A DNA stretch of 63,847 nucleotides, filler included, from Licmophora abbreviata (taxonomy: Eukaryota), in assembly GCA_900291995.1 (NCBI GenBank). It is 7 parts of 7 records of this genome, joined end to end, with 100 filler letters (N's around TTAATTAATTAA, not from the genome) between each part and the next. Parts side by side here need not be neighbours in the genome. Positions count along the whole stretch, not along the records: positions 20,334 to 31,093 come from OLMU01001721.1; positions 31,194 to 35,434 come from OLMU01001722.1; 5 more parts are not named here. One strand, 5' to 3'. Shown piece after piece: positions 20,334 to 31,307 of this stretch. Each line of letters begins with the position of its first letter. Position 1 is the stretch's first letter. The notes beneath the pieces are model-generated. The model was given only the letters and a program-made list of their open reading frames with translations. It made no database searches and was not told the DNA's origin. Made by a program: the position numbers and the translations under genes.

Positions 20334-22781
20334 CGTGTAACCAAACGCCAGCGTGAGACCGATAGCGCTCTCGCGAAAATGCGGGCCGCCAAGGCTGCAC
20401 GAGGGCTGGGACACGGCATTCAGCTGCCAACGAATATGGTCGACGCTGTGGATCTGATCTTGCTTAACCTATCAAACTTTCCGTCGAAGAGACCTCCTAC
20501 AGGAAAGGGGGCGAAACCCAGGAAAGTACCATTCAACCTCGACTACGTTGTTGATGCTGTTATGACCAATGGGGCATCGCTTTCTCTCGACGACGGGCGA
20601 TGGTATGATCGAGACGGCGGAACATCATGGTCGATTGATCTTGAGATGGAACCGCTGTTCAACCTAGACGCCAAGACGCAATCAGCGGCAGTGGCCGCCT
20701 ACAACAAGGCGACAGCCTCAGCGCAAGGGGACAAGTCTTCGGGAGAAATGCAGGCGCTGTTCAAAGAACAATGTGGGGCAGCAGCATCCGATGCATTCAC
20801 TCGAATAGTGTTGAACTCTTCTCACTCACGGGCCCCGCATCTAACTGACTTTGGAAATAAGCTCGCTGCCAGACTGGCGTGGACACTGGAACGCATGCCC
20901 CCAACAAAAGATATGGTAGGACCATACGATATAATGAAAGAAAGTGTCGAGAGCATGAAAGGCCGGGTTTCGGAGTCCGCAGGCGAAAACATGAAGGTCT
21001 TCACAACAGAGCACCCTCTAGTTGCGTCATGCCTTGGTTTCGATGCCTCCTCCACCACCACAGGTTCAGGTTCACAAAAGGTTTCGGCATTGTCGAGCCG
21101 TGTCCTGAACGAGGCGTATCTGACGGACTTTCAGCCTGACAAAAAGGACTCCAATATGTATCGGAGAGCTTTAGAACTGTATGCCGCGTCTGTTGTTCAT
21201 GCGAGCGAACGCTCCAACAGTAAGCCCGGTGACAATGATCGCAAGAAGATTGCTTCGATGGCGGCGTCGGAACTTCCCCATCAGTTGGCGGTCCTGCCGT
21301 CAGTAACATCTTCGTCGTTGTCTCTTATGAGCGCCATGTGTGACTTGGAAGAGATAACCAAGAAGGCGGCCGAGGCGTCTCGGAAGTCAAGTCAGCAAAC
21401 ATTGGCAGCGTCTGCCACTGCGCACGCAGCCAAGGTGGCAGCCGAAAAGCGTGCCACTGCAGCTCTCTTGGCACTAAGGGATGTTGCGTTCCAGCGGAGT
21501 AATGCAGAAAGTCGCCGAAGTGCGGTCGACTGTGCTGTTGGTCTAGCGGCAGGACGATTGCCAGCGACTCCAAGTGTAGAAGACAAGGCCCTCAAGCTTG
21601 TCATGAATGTGCTGTTCCCCAAGTCAGAATCAATTGCTAGAACAGTTGTGGACTCTACTACTGCCGAACTGGAGCGGGTCGCCGCCTATGCCATCGAGAA
21701 TTACGACAAAATCCAGGCTTCAAACAAAGAGGCATCCACCAAGCCGGACCACGCCAAAAAGTCTCCATTCAGCCCAGCGAGCGACGAAGAGAAACAGGCA
21801 CTTGACAAGATCAAAAAGGCTGCTGTCCTGTTCATGGCACTCTGCGTCCGACGTCCTGAAATGATTCAGTCGCTCATGAGCGTGAGCTGCAAAGAGAAGG
21901 CGGATGTACTCTCCAAAGCAGTGCAAACGAACATGCCGAAGCTAGCGAAAGCAGCCGCCACCATGCACGGGGCTGCTACCATTGCCATCAAGGTTGCCGA
22001 AATGGCTGGCGACAACGAAACGCCCATGGTTCTCGCGTTCCTAGACAATCTCGCCCCGTCGACGGACAAGGCTCTGCCGACACAGGAGCTCATTGATGCT
22101 TGTCACGAGATTCAGAAGTCCAAGTCTGAAGCGAGCGGCAAGAAAGATGTGCGATTCATCATACCTGTTCTCCAGGGCATGAAGCGCGTAGACTTGGTTC
22201 AAGCTCTGCCTGATTTCGTCACGGCGGAAGATAAGATCTTCCTTGCCGCCCTGGTACGCATGGCCGAACGTGTTTCACGGCAGGCTCTACTATACCGCGA
22301 TGAACCCGACGAGGAAACACCGACCCTCACAGGAATGACACTATCTGAGCAGCTGGTCTATTTGCACAAAATGGACTTTGCGGCCGTCGGCCTTCCCCAG
22401 AAACGTTATTTGGATGCCATTCGATTGTGTTTGGAAGAAGAGGAGGTCTTCACTGACCGGGTCGTCATGGCGGCTCTGGACTATATTAGCGGCATTTTCC
22501 TTACGTCCGAGGAAAATCTGCCTCTTGCCTACATGCGAACCATCATTCTTACCTGCTCCAAACACGAGAGCTTACATTCGTGGATTTGTCATGTGTTGCT
22601 GCCGAGGCTCATTGAGGGCAAGGTGTACACCGACCGAAGACAGTGGGAAGGATGGATGCGATGTGCGCACATGCTGGAGAATGCTGGAGATACGGGGGTC
22701 AGCAGCCTGGAAGCAATCGAGAAGCTTCCTGCGGAGCAGCTCGAAAAATATCGAACAAAGTATCCTAAACGGGAACCATAG
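20334..22781 (+). CDS. SYMPK: Symplekin/Pta1 (3'-end processing scaffold), 5' truncated by gap
   Basis: Symplekin C-terminal motifs KDVRFIIPVL, LPLAYMRTII, LLPRLIEGKVYTDRRQWEGWMRC. Confidence 0.85.
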   Translation, partial: RVTKRQRETDSALAKMRAAKAARGLGHGIQLPTNMVDAVDLILLNLSNFPSKRPPTGKGAKPRKVPFNLDYVVDAVMTNGASLSLDDGRWYDRDGGTSWSIDLEMEPLFNLDAKTQSAAVAAYNKATASAQGDKSSGEMQALFKEQCGAAASDAFTRIVLNSSHSRAPHLTDFGNKLAARLAWTLERMPPTKDMVGPYDIMKESVESMKGRVSESAGENMKVFTTEHPLVASCLGFDASSTTTGSGSQKVSALSSRVLNEAYLTDFQPDKKDSNMYRRALELYAASVVHASERSNSKPGDNDRKKIASMAASELPHQLAVLPSVTSSSLSLMSAMCDLEEITKKAAEASRKSSQQTLAASATAHAAKVAAEKRATAALLALRDVAFQRSNAESRRSAVDCAVGLAAGRLPATPSVEDKALKLVMNVLFPKSESIARTVVDSTTAELERVAAYAIENYDKIQASNKEASTKPDHAKKSPFSPASDEEKQALDKIKKAAVLFMALCVRRPEMIQSLMSVSCKEKADVLSKAVQTNMPKLAKAAATMHGAATIAIKVAEMAGDNETPMVLAFLDNLAPSTDKALPTQELIDACHEIQKSKSEASGKKDVRFIIPVLQGMKRVDLVQALPDFVTAEDKIFLAALVRMAERVSRQALLYRDEPDEETPTLTGMTLSEQLVYLHKMDFAAVGLPQKRYLDAIRLCLEEEEVFTDRVVMAALDYISGIFLTSEENLPLAYMRTIILTCSKHESLHSWICHVLLPRLIEGKVYTDRRQWEGWMRCAHMLENAGDTGVSSLEAIEKLPAEQLEKYRTKYPKREP

Positions 22782-22824
22782 ATTCTAATGATCTAAAAGT
22801 GGAGGTTTGAGGAGCTACAACTTT

Positions 22825-23840
22825 CTATTTTGACGGCGCTGATAGCACTATCTTTTCTTTAGGGGTTGGTGGCGGATCGTTGATGAAATAGGGGTGATTC
22901 AACGATTGCGTCGCCGAGAAGCGTCGATTGGGATCCAACACAAGCAACGATCGCAACAAGGAAATGGCGTCCTTTGGTGCTGCCGTGAAGATTTCGTCAA
23001 ACGGAATGGGCGGAGTCGCATCCCACGTGAGTCCTCTCGAGGGAAGAGGAAGTGCCTGGTGGTCAGGCCAATTTGTTCTGAGGTCATAAGGATAGACAAT
23101 CGATGAGCTAAGATACGCGGATTTGATGTAGCTAGAAATCATACCATCCAAGATAGTGATACTTACTCGGTCGGCGTCCCAAAGACTGTAAAGATGGTAT
23201 CGAGCTGTGATATATCAGTATTCTTACCCTGAAGAAATGGCCGACGCAGCAATAGCTCGGCAAAAATACACCCCACGCTCCACATGTCGGCCGCCGACGA
23301 GTACTCTGAGGCCCCGAGAAGGAGTTCGGGGGGCTTATACCATAGGGTAATGGCTTGTGGCGAAAGTCTCGTCTTTGGGGTCCCATACGTTCGGGCCAGA
23401 CCGAAATCGCCGAGTTTCATTGTCCCATCCTTGAGAAACAGCATATTATCAGGTTTCAAATCCCGATGCAGTATCCATCGTTCGTGACACGCTTCGATCG
23501 CCCGCAGTAGTGAGAGTAAGTGTTGTTTCGTATCGGCCATGCTCATTGGTATCGTCCGATTGCCCAGTATCTTTTCTAGATCCGTAAAGGCGCACTCGTA
23601 CACCAAACAGATGGCTTGATCCGGCGTCGTGAAGCAGTCGACCAGTTCAATGATGTTTTCGTGCTGAAATTCACGCAGGAGCTTGATTTCTCGGACTGCC
23701 GTAAAGTTGATTCCCTCTTCGGGACGTTCCGATTTGATTTTCTTAATGGCGACGACACGGCCGGTCTGTTTCTGTTCTGCCATGTGCACGACGCCCCATG
23801 TGCCCTGTCCCAGCGCTTTGATGACTTTGTAGTCGTCCAT
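22825..23840 (-). CDS. CDK7: Cyclin-dependent kinase 7 / CDKD (CAK, TFIIH kinase); exons 23840-23167, 23077-22825
   Basis: GINFTAVREIKLL (NFTALRE-type cyclin helix), HRDLKPDN, DFG; splicing gives GTPTETNWP. Confidence 0.88.
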
Positions 23841-24168
23841 GATGTGGGAAATAAGCTTTTTCAAAAGCAAATGAAGCCGTAGTGCGTAAACCGAGTCGAT
23901 GGATTGGATGCCATGAAACGACAGCACTTATAGCGATAAACTATGGTCGGCGGCGCCATCGTCATCAGCAGCAGCATGATCGCAACATCATCCTTTTGAT
24001 GCTTTTTGCCATCCACGCGAGCGCTGCTTTCACGGTTGACATACGTACAAGAAAATCCAAAGAAACCCGGAGCTTTTCTCTCGCACAAAGCACAAAGCAC
24101 AAACCCCTGCGACACACGCGATGGTGAACAGCCGCTAGTCGTCTCCTTTGCCTTATTAAACGCTCATT

Positions 24169-24895
24169 ATGACTGGACTTCGGACGTTCTTCGCCTCCCT
24201 GGTGTCCTTGGTAGTGTTGAGGTAAGATTCGGTGATGAAATCCATTGAAGAATCTATTTTTGATTCATCTTTTGCTAATCCCCTTTCCGTCGTGCTTTCC
24301 TTTTCTTCTGTCGCGCCACAGCCATGCTGCTGCGGATCCATCATCACTGGCAACGATCGAGGGACGTTTGCGTCTACCGGACGAAACGCCCGTCAATACA
24401 ACTCGTATTGTCTTGAATAATGGAGACCAGTCAACCTACTCTCGCAGCGATGGCTCGTTTACTCTCTACAACGTCCCGCCCGGCATTCATTTGCTCGACG
24501 TGCACAGCCACCGACTCTTGTTTAGTCAAGTCAAGATTCAGCTCCTGGAAGAATCCATGAACGCTCCCAACTGCATCGAGTATGCTTACCCCGGTGCTCC
24601 GAAACAGGCCATCTCCTACCCCCTTGTCCTCACCGCACACGCCACCTATCAATACTTTGAACCGCCACCGACCTTTTCCGTCTTGAGTCTGTTGAAAAAC
24701 CCCATGCTGCTCCTCATGCTGGCATCCGTCGGACTCATGTTTCTGATGCCTAAAATGATGGATGGGCTGGAACCGGAAGAAAAGGAGCGCATGCAGCGAC
24801 AAATGGAAATGCAGAAGGATCCTACCAAAATGCTCTCGCAGCTCTTTGGGGGGACGGAAGAAGTGGAGGCTCCGTCGAGTAAGAAACGAAAGTAA
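24169..24895 (+). CDS. EMC7: ER membrane protein complex subunit 7 (exons 24169-24221, 24322-24895)
   Basis: Spliced signal peptide MTGLRTFFASLVSLVVLSHAAA; DGSFTLYNVPPG.HLLDV; LLKNPMLL...MPKMMDGLEPE. Confidence 0.88.
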
Positions 24896-24920
24896 GATTG
24901 AAATAGCAACGCCTAAATTA

Positions 24921-26349
24921 CTACATGACAAATTCAACGTGTTTGACGAATTCAACGTCTCGAATGGCAAGTTCCAGTCCTTGTCGAACCTTGTTCGATC
25001 CTTGAAACTTCAATTCAACAACACCGATCGGATCTACCTTGACGATACTCACAACTCCACCCATGGCAATAATCGCGGGTTTGATCCGGTTGACCTCTAC
25101 CTCTACTGCTTCGTATGTTAATTCTGTAACTTTGTCGTCCTCGTCATCTTGCACTTGAAGCACTTGTCCCAAGTCGGGAAAGTTCTCCTTCAAGACGCGT
25201 TCAATGCCCATTTGCATGGTGACCGTCGAAGAGGGACATGACCCACATGCGCCTTCAAGTTTGAGATAGACGTCCTTGGTGTCGGGATCAACACGCTCGA
25301 CCGAAACGTTTCCACCATCGGAAATGAGATAGGGACGCACTTCGTCCAAAATTTCGTCGACGCTGTTGAGCGTGAAGGGGAGAGTAGTAGATGATAATGC
25401 TGATTCTGACGTTGGAGATGGCGTGATGGTGCGGTCAGTTTCCGATGATGACTCGACTGTCCTATCGTCCGACTTTTCAAATGGCGATACAATGTCATCT
25501 GGTGGTGATGGTGAGCCGTTAGCAGTCGATGAGGATGACGACTGCATTTCCGCCCTCAGTTCTTCCTCTTCCTCGTCCCACTCATCATCGTCGTCCTCCT
25601 CGTCATCCGAAAAGAACGCTGTCCTCTCCATGAGATCCGCCAGTTCTGCACGGTCATTCAACATATCCATTCCCTTGTTATTCCATTCCTTGAGTTGGTG
25701 TTCCGCCCCACAAGCCTGATGACACTGTTCTTTCCACTGCGATGCCACCTCCTTCATTGCATCCGCTTGCGGAAAGCTAAAAGACAAGGCACGAACATGC
25801 GCGACAGACGACGTTCCGTGCTCTTCCCTGTGCAACTCCAGGGCTTCCTCCAAGTTTCTCGTCACTCCCACATACTCACAGTGCTCCCACCCATCACCAG
25901 CACTACGACAAGTATGTAAAGAAGAATCGAACAAGTGATTTAGTCAGTTCGGCGTCGCCTCGTCAATGGACAAATATACAAACGTCGTTTTTTCCTCACC
26001 CACGCTTCTTCTTGTAATTCGAGTTGAGCACGGCATAGACAGCCGAAACCTCATGTCCTTTCAAACCGGCCATTATGACTTTATACGGAAGCACCATCTT
26101 TCCATTCAACGTCGGCGCCTTTTGAATCGTCTGATTATCACCATTTCCATGCTCGTCAGCAGCTGCGGATAGCGATGATGATTTAGGACGGAAACCGCAG
26201 GAAACGGAACATGTTCTTGCCCCAGGACGACACCGTGTTGCAGTTCCAAACGTGTCGGCGGAGTTTGTGTGAGGATAAGAAGGAACCCACGATACAACCA
26301 GGGGAGCTACACAGCCCAAGACTAGTAGAAGCATTGTTGGGAGGTTCAT
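24921..26349 (-). CDS. Plastid NFU-type Fe-S carrier with N-terminal GIY-YIG-like domain (intron 25999-25903)
   Basis: VVS-WVP bipartite site; SAVYAV...EYVGVTRNL; NifU domain LDEVRPYLISDGGNV...GACGSCPSS; second Cys-less NifU repeat. Confidence 0.88.
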
Positions 26350-26698
26350 GGCGTTCGTAGTAACTATAGGATGTCGTCTTTGTCGACGTCGGGCGGATGC
26401 CATTGTCATGGTCGTCGCTGCACCATCGATTTTGTGTCGCCGCCGGCGAAAATTGAAAACTTGAAGTTGGACACAGAATGACGTCATCAAACTTGAGCTT
26501 GGAAGGCTTTTGCGTCTGTACGCTATACGCATTGAAGATGAACTCGTCCTCTCGCGAAAATGGCGCCGGATGAAGGCCTGATCGGCGGTGATGCCGCCGA
26601 CTGTGATGATGATGGGAACGGCGCATGTATCAGCCACTACGCTTCTGCTTCTGCACCTTCATTGATTCTTTATCCCCTTGCGACCAGCTATCAGACCC

Positions 26699-27601
26699 AT
26701 GTCGGTGGAGGATGAGTCACTAGTAGAAGAGACGAATAACGACGACGCCTCTTCATCGTCATCCACAGCCCAACATCATCATGTCGGTAGCACTACCGCC
26801 GGGCAGCAGCAGCCTCCGACACTGGAACAAGACTCTCTTCCTTCCAAACGGCGCCGCCATGGAGCTCAGAATCATGATCGTCACAAACGATTCACAAAGT
26901 GGTTACTCCACACCTTTCCGCATCTCTTCATTTCACCGCCACCATTGAATCCTCCTGAAGCATCATCATCATCATCATCATCATCAAGAGGCGTCTCATC
27001 CAACGACGCCGAAGCGTCCTTTCCTAAAAGTCATGTCATAATGGACGTTGCGGGAGGCAAGGGCGAGCTGGCAGCACGTCTGAGCATGTGTCACCGACTG
27101 CAGGTCGTACTCGTAGATCCTCGACCAGCCCAAGTGGCAGAGTGCTTTCTCAAACGAGTCTTGCCCAAATTGCCGAAAAAGTGGCAACAGCGCCTCTACG
27201 AAAAGCAAAGCGCGACTCCTACCTTTTGTCAAGACACCATGAATGAACGAGTGACGCAACTTGTCATGGCCTTTGACGATGATAGTGTACAGAATAGTCT
27301 GGAGCTACGAGAAGCGATTTGGACTGCGTCGCTGCTGACGGGGATGCATGCGGATGGAGCGACGGAGGCGATTGTGGATGCCGCCTTGCTGTACAAGAAG
27401 CCGTTTGTCGTTGTGCCGTGTTGTGTATTTCCACGGCTCTTTTCGAAACGTGTGCTCGTAGGACCGGATGGGAATAGTAGTGTGCCAGTTCGATCGCATG
27501 AGCAATTTTGTGAATACTTGCTGAGAAAAGATAGTCGGTTTGTGATGGAAACGCTGCCCTTTCCGGGTCGTAACATTGCCATATGGTGGGACGGTCGATG
27601 A
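26699..27601 (+). CDS. Uncharacterised class I SAM-methyltransferase-like protein
   Basis: IMDVAGGKGEL, LVDPR, GMHADGATEAIVD, KPFVVVPCCVFP, LPFPGRN. Confidence 0.7.
   Translation: MSVEDESLVEETNNDDASSSSSTAQHHHVGSTTAGQQQPPTLEQDSLPSKRRRHGAQNHDRHKRFTKWLLHTFPHLFISPPPLNPPEASSSSSSSSRGVSSNDAEASFPKSHVIMDVAGGKGELAARLSMCHRLQVVLVDPRPAQVAECFLKRVLPKLPKKWQQRLYEKQSATPTFCQDTMNERVTQLVMAFDDDSVQNSLELREAIWTASLLTGMHADGATEAIVDAALLYKKPFVVVPCCVFPRLFSKRVLVGPDGNSSVPVRSHEQFCEYLLRKDSRFVMETLPFPGRNIAIWWDGR
26961..26985 (+). repeat. (ATC/TCA)n microsatellite encoding poly-Ser
   Basis: catcatcatcatcatcatcatcatc. Confidence 0.9.
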
Positions 27602-27878
27602 CGAAAGAATTATCGCGATGCCACTGGTGCGACTTCTAAAAATAGAAAGTAAGACTCTCTTACTGTAAAACAAGGACTAAGTAAAGTAGATAAAGTTAAC
27701 ACCGCATGTGAAATGTAAGAGTGATGTATGCATAAGAAAGTACAACGGATCATACAGAGTCATCGTCAACCCCGAACAGATTTCCGACAGGTCAAGACAC
27801 AGGCACGAAAAGGCTTTGAGTGAAAGCGGGCGGAGTCCTAGCTCCAGGAGCGCAGTCATCCTCCACACCCCTCCATTT

Positions 27879-28781
27879 TTATTGCCATGAGTTGTGGTCA
27901 TCAAATGTGTTGACCTTGTACCGACGATCCGGAACGCCAAACATTTGCTTGACGCGCTTTTCGGCCTGTAGGAGGGAGCGACTCGAATCGTTCAAAGCGC
28001 GCTCCACCCATTCTCGACGACGCTTGTTCTGACCGGTCGGCTGCATGGGTGGCAGACGGAGCGCCGCCCAGTGGCGCGCCTCGGCGGCATCGCCCATGCT
28101 GGCACACACCATGACGATGCCCGACAGCGCTCCGACGTGCCAAGGTCTGGCTTTCAGAACAATCTCACAAGCCTCCTTACTTTCGTCGAGCCGTCCCCAG
28201 AGAAAATAGAGAGTAGCCAGACGATTGACGGCTTCGGAGAAGTACAAACCGTGAATCTCAATCAGAGCCAGCAAGCGCTCCTCAGCTTCGCTCCAGCCAC
28301 GGGGCCCCTGTCCCGTCAGCTCTTCGATCAGATGGAGCTCTTGGGCAGCTTTCTGTCCTCTCTCTGAAAACCAGAGAGCCCAGAGCTCGTCCATACTGTC
28401 ATCCCCGTCCGCCATGCGAGCCAAGAGCTGCACTTCAGCAATACGACGTTCTTTGCCTATCGCTGTCAAGGGCGGTGGGCCCGGAAGGCTGTCACTATTC
28501 AACAAGACAGCACGTCGTTCCAAAACTGGTGTCTGTGAGGTATCGTCTTGTGATGACGATGATGCCGACGAATCCCCTCCAATCATGGTCTCGAGAATGC
28601 GTCGTTTCTGTTCTACCTGGTCGCTGCTGCCATCGTCAAGATAGTCGTTGGGATCGATCCGCAGCGCGTGGTGCACCATCGTTGTCCTCGAGGCCACGTG
28701 CCTTCGGTGATGCAGATTCACAAACGAACAAGAGGGGTGAAAGGAAGTACATAAGACAGCAAGGAGGGACAAGAGACGCAT
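27879..28781 (-). CDS. Plastid-targeted TPR-like protein
   Basis: Signal peptide then CS-FVN; ELWALWFSERG, EAVNRLATLYF...KARPWHVGALSG. Confidence 0.7.
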   Translation of the reverse strand: MRLLSLLAVLCTSFHPSCSFVNLHHRRHVASRTTMVHHALRIDPNDYLDDGSSDQVEQKRRILETMIGGDSSASSSSQDDTSQTPVLERRAVLLNSDSLPGPPPLTAIGKERRIAEVQLLARMADGDDSMDELWALWFSERGQKAAQELHLIEELTGQGPRGWSEAEERLLALIEIHGLYFSEAVNRLATLYFLWGRLDESKEACEIVLKARPWHVGALSGIVMVCASMGDAAEARHWAALRLPPMQPTGQNKRRREWVERALNDSSRSLLQAEKRVKQMFGVPDRRYKVNTFDDHNSWQ

Positions 28782-29190
28782 GATCGGCGATTGGCGGGAA
28801 GAGAATTGAATGGAAGGACGAATAGCAACGAGGACCGCGGTCCTCTTTTGCTTCGAATCGAACCTGAGAAGTGTTCTTTTGATGTCACCGTAGAAATTAC
28901 GTAGACCCTGGTACAACACATCACATCGCTGACGACAGCCACTTCAAGCATCTGTTGGCTTGGCTGTGAGATTTGAAGTGGGTTCAAAACCTTCCAAGGT
29001 GACGTCGCCGGTAGCAGTTTGGTGCCAGCAGAATTCTTTTGTCACTACGTCATCCGATTTATGTATCGAAATGTCATGACAGTCACGAAGATGAGGTGGG
29101 ATAGTCTCAAATTCCAGATTCCATTCCACATTTCTACTTTTTACCGCACAAAATCTTCACACAAAAACAACACATCATCATCGACCAACC

Positions 29191-30105
29191 ATGAGATTGC
29201 CACTGCCGCAACGTCACGTACGCCGCTGCCTGCCAGACGCCGTGACACTACTGACTGCACTCTTCTTGCTCACACTTTGCGAAGCCAGCGACAGGATCGA
29301 TGGAAGGTACTCCTTTTCCCTGACAACCTTTGATCGGTCCGGTCGCCTCGGTCAAGTCGAGCGCGCCACGGAGGCAGCGGCATTGGGGACACCGGTCGTG
29401 GCGGTGTGTCGCAAGAACGGAGTGATATTCGCATGTCCGCAGGGTTTCCCATCTCCTCTAGTATCGGACGACGGAACCTCGCGGTTCTCTTCCATCACCC
29501 CGCACATTGCCTGTACGCACTCCGGGGTCGGTGCGGACGGGCGTGTGGTTTTGGCGGCGGCACAGAAACTAGCTATCGAACATGCCTATACCTTTGATGA
29601 AGTTATTCCGATTGAAATCTTTCTAGAGGAACTGTCGCTTCTCTTTCAAGAATACACCATGAAGGCCGGGTCGAGGCCGTTTGGATGTGAACTGTTGGTA
29701 GCCTATGTGCCACCAACTACTAGAAGTGATATACAGTATGAGCGACCGCAACTGTTTCGGATCGATCCATCAGGGGCAGTCGAGTCCGTAACAACATACA
29801 CAATTTTGGGAAGCTTGCAGGGATCATCAGAGATGGCGCAAGTGCTTGAGGAACTGGCATGCGATACAAGCTGTAGTAGTGATGACGAACCGCTTGTCGA
29901 GAGAGACGAGGAAATATCGGAGTCAGACGTGCAAGCACTCTTGAAGGCGATGCAAAATGTTCTACAAACGGAAGAAAAATTGCGAAAGAGAGAGTCGCTC
30001 TCACCGAAGCTTCTGAGAATAGCAAGAATGCCGTTTCTGACGGCCTCCATCACACGCGAACAAGGTCTGGTGGTGCGGCGACACGACGACCCGAAAGCGA
30101 CTTAG
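29191..30105 (+). CDS. Divergent 20S proteasome alpha-2-like subunit with N-terminal signal peptide
   Basis: YSFSLTTFDRSGRLGQVE, HSGVGADGRV, FQEYTMKAGSRPFG, PQLFRIDPSG; preceded by LLTALFLLTLCEA. Confidence 0.85.
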   Translation: MRLPLPQRHVRRCLPDAVTLLTALFLLTLCEASDRIDGRYSFSLTTFDRSGRLGQVERATEAAALGTPVVAVCRKNGVIFACPQGFPSPLVSDDGTSRFSSITPHIACTHSGVGADGRVVLAAAQKLAIEHAYTFDEVIPIEIFLEELSLLFQEYTMKAGSRPFGCELLVAYVPPTTRSDIQYERPQLFRIDPSGAVESVTTYTILGSLQGSSEMAQVLEELACDTSCSSDDEPLVERDEEISESDVQALLKAMQNVLQTEEKLRKRESLSPKLLRIARMPFLTASITREQGLVVRRHDDPKAT

Positions 30106-30228
30106 CCATGTTTTGACTTCAAATCGGGAAAGCGTGAACGACTCTTCAATAGGTTACAAGAAGACCGGACGAGTCTTAAAATTGTATAGAAGACACGCGG
30201 CACCACAAAAAAATGCTTGGAAGTCATT

Positions 30229-30876
30229 TCATTTCTTCCTTCGTACAACGGACGAATGTGCGATCCCAGAACTACTGCCACCCCGCTCCTCGTCCTTGAA
30301 ACCAGCTCCATCACCATCGATCACCACTTCCTCTTGCCCGTCCTCACCATCCTCGTCTTTCCTCACTTCACAGCACCAATTGCAGTTCAGAAACAACTCT
30401 CCAACGAGCGTGATTATGAGCGAGTATACGGATGTCGTAATATTGAAGACTGCGCGACCCGAAATATTGGCAAAGCTCCCAGAAATCAACCACGTCAAGA
30501 CAATTTGCGGAATGTCTTCCACAATCATGACGAGAAACGGCACGTAGTCCCATTTTTGACGGTCAGGAGCTCGTTGAATCGCGACGGTCACGAACACTTC
30601 CAGGATCCAGGTGAACGTCCCGGCAATGGTAAAGCCAAGCAAAAGCTGAGTTTTCAAATCATCCGATAAGCTCTGTTTGTCAAGAACGTCTTCGAGAAAC
30701 CACCAGTCAGATGCCAAATCAATATCGGCAGCAATGGAAGACGTCCAGACGCTCCACTCTGCCGCACGGCGTTTCTGTTCTTGTTTCTTTGGTTTTGATA
30801 GCGGCTTCGAGTGACACTTGGGCTTGAGCTCACCGGGATTGGAGCAACAATCACGAAGGACCGCAGCAATGACCAT
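30229..30876 (-). CDS. Hypothetical multi-pass membrane protein (EDIPQ motif)
   Basis: ADIDLASDWWF, three to four hydrophobic segments, IVEDIPQIVLT, acidic tail. Confidence 0.6.
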   Translation of the reverse strand: MVIAAVLRDCCSNPGELKPKCHSKPLSKPKKQEQKRRAAEWSVWTSSIAADIDLASDWWFLEDVLDKQSLSDDLKTQLLLGFTIAGTFTWILEVFVTVAIQRAPDRQKWDYVPFLVMIVEDIPQIVLTWLISGSFANISGRAVFNITTSVYSLIITLVGELFLNCNWCCEVRKDEDGEDGQEEVVIDGDGAGFKDEERGGSSSGIAHSSVVRRKK

Positions 30877-31093
30877 GGCTTTTAATACGACAATGTAAAT
30901 GGGAAGCAGCAGAAAGTCTTGTCGTATTGTCCTTCACGGACGAGGCGACATCCATCGACGCGGTGTCGAGTCGTGATGTTCAATGTGTGAATGTGGGTCT
31001 CGCGCGGCGTTTTGGATCTTTTGGCGCGCGGGAAACTCGACACAATTTTGAGTCGAAGGCGTCGCACGACCTTCCACCACTCCGAACTGCGAC

Positions 31094-31193
31094 NNNNNNN
31101 NNNNNNNNNNNNNNNNNNNNNNNNNNNNNNNNNNNNNTTAATTAATTAANNNNNNNNNNNNNNNNNNNNNNNNNNNNNNNNNNNNNNNNNNNN
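31094..31193. other. Assembly spacer
   Basis: N44-TTAATTAATTAA-N44. Confidence 0.99.
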
Positions 31194-31307
31194 GTTAGTC
31201 TTTTTTCTGTCGTGAGAAGCGATTGATCTTGACTCCCAAGTAGGAAAAGCGAGAGAGGGTCAAGACTGGTTTACGGGATTGGTGTTTGCTGAACCAACAC
31301 ACAAAAG

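Noticed and set aside
25700..26060. GIY-YIG motif as a homing endonuclease or Penelope-like element
   Set aside because: It is in frame between a plastid targeting peptide and NFU domains, with no reverse transcriptase, repeats or target duplications
26479..26486. TGACGTCA palindrome (bZIP/aureochrome-type site) upstream of the NFU gene
   Set aside because: A single 8-mer, expected by chance about once in a window of this size
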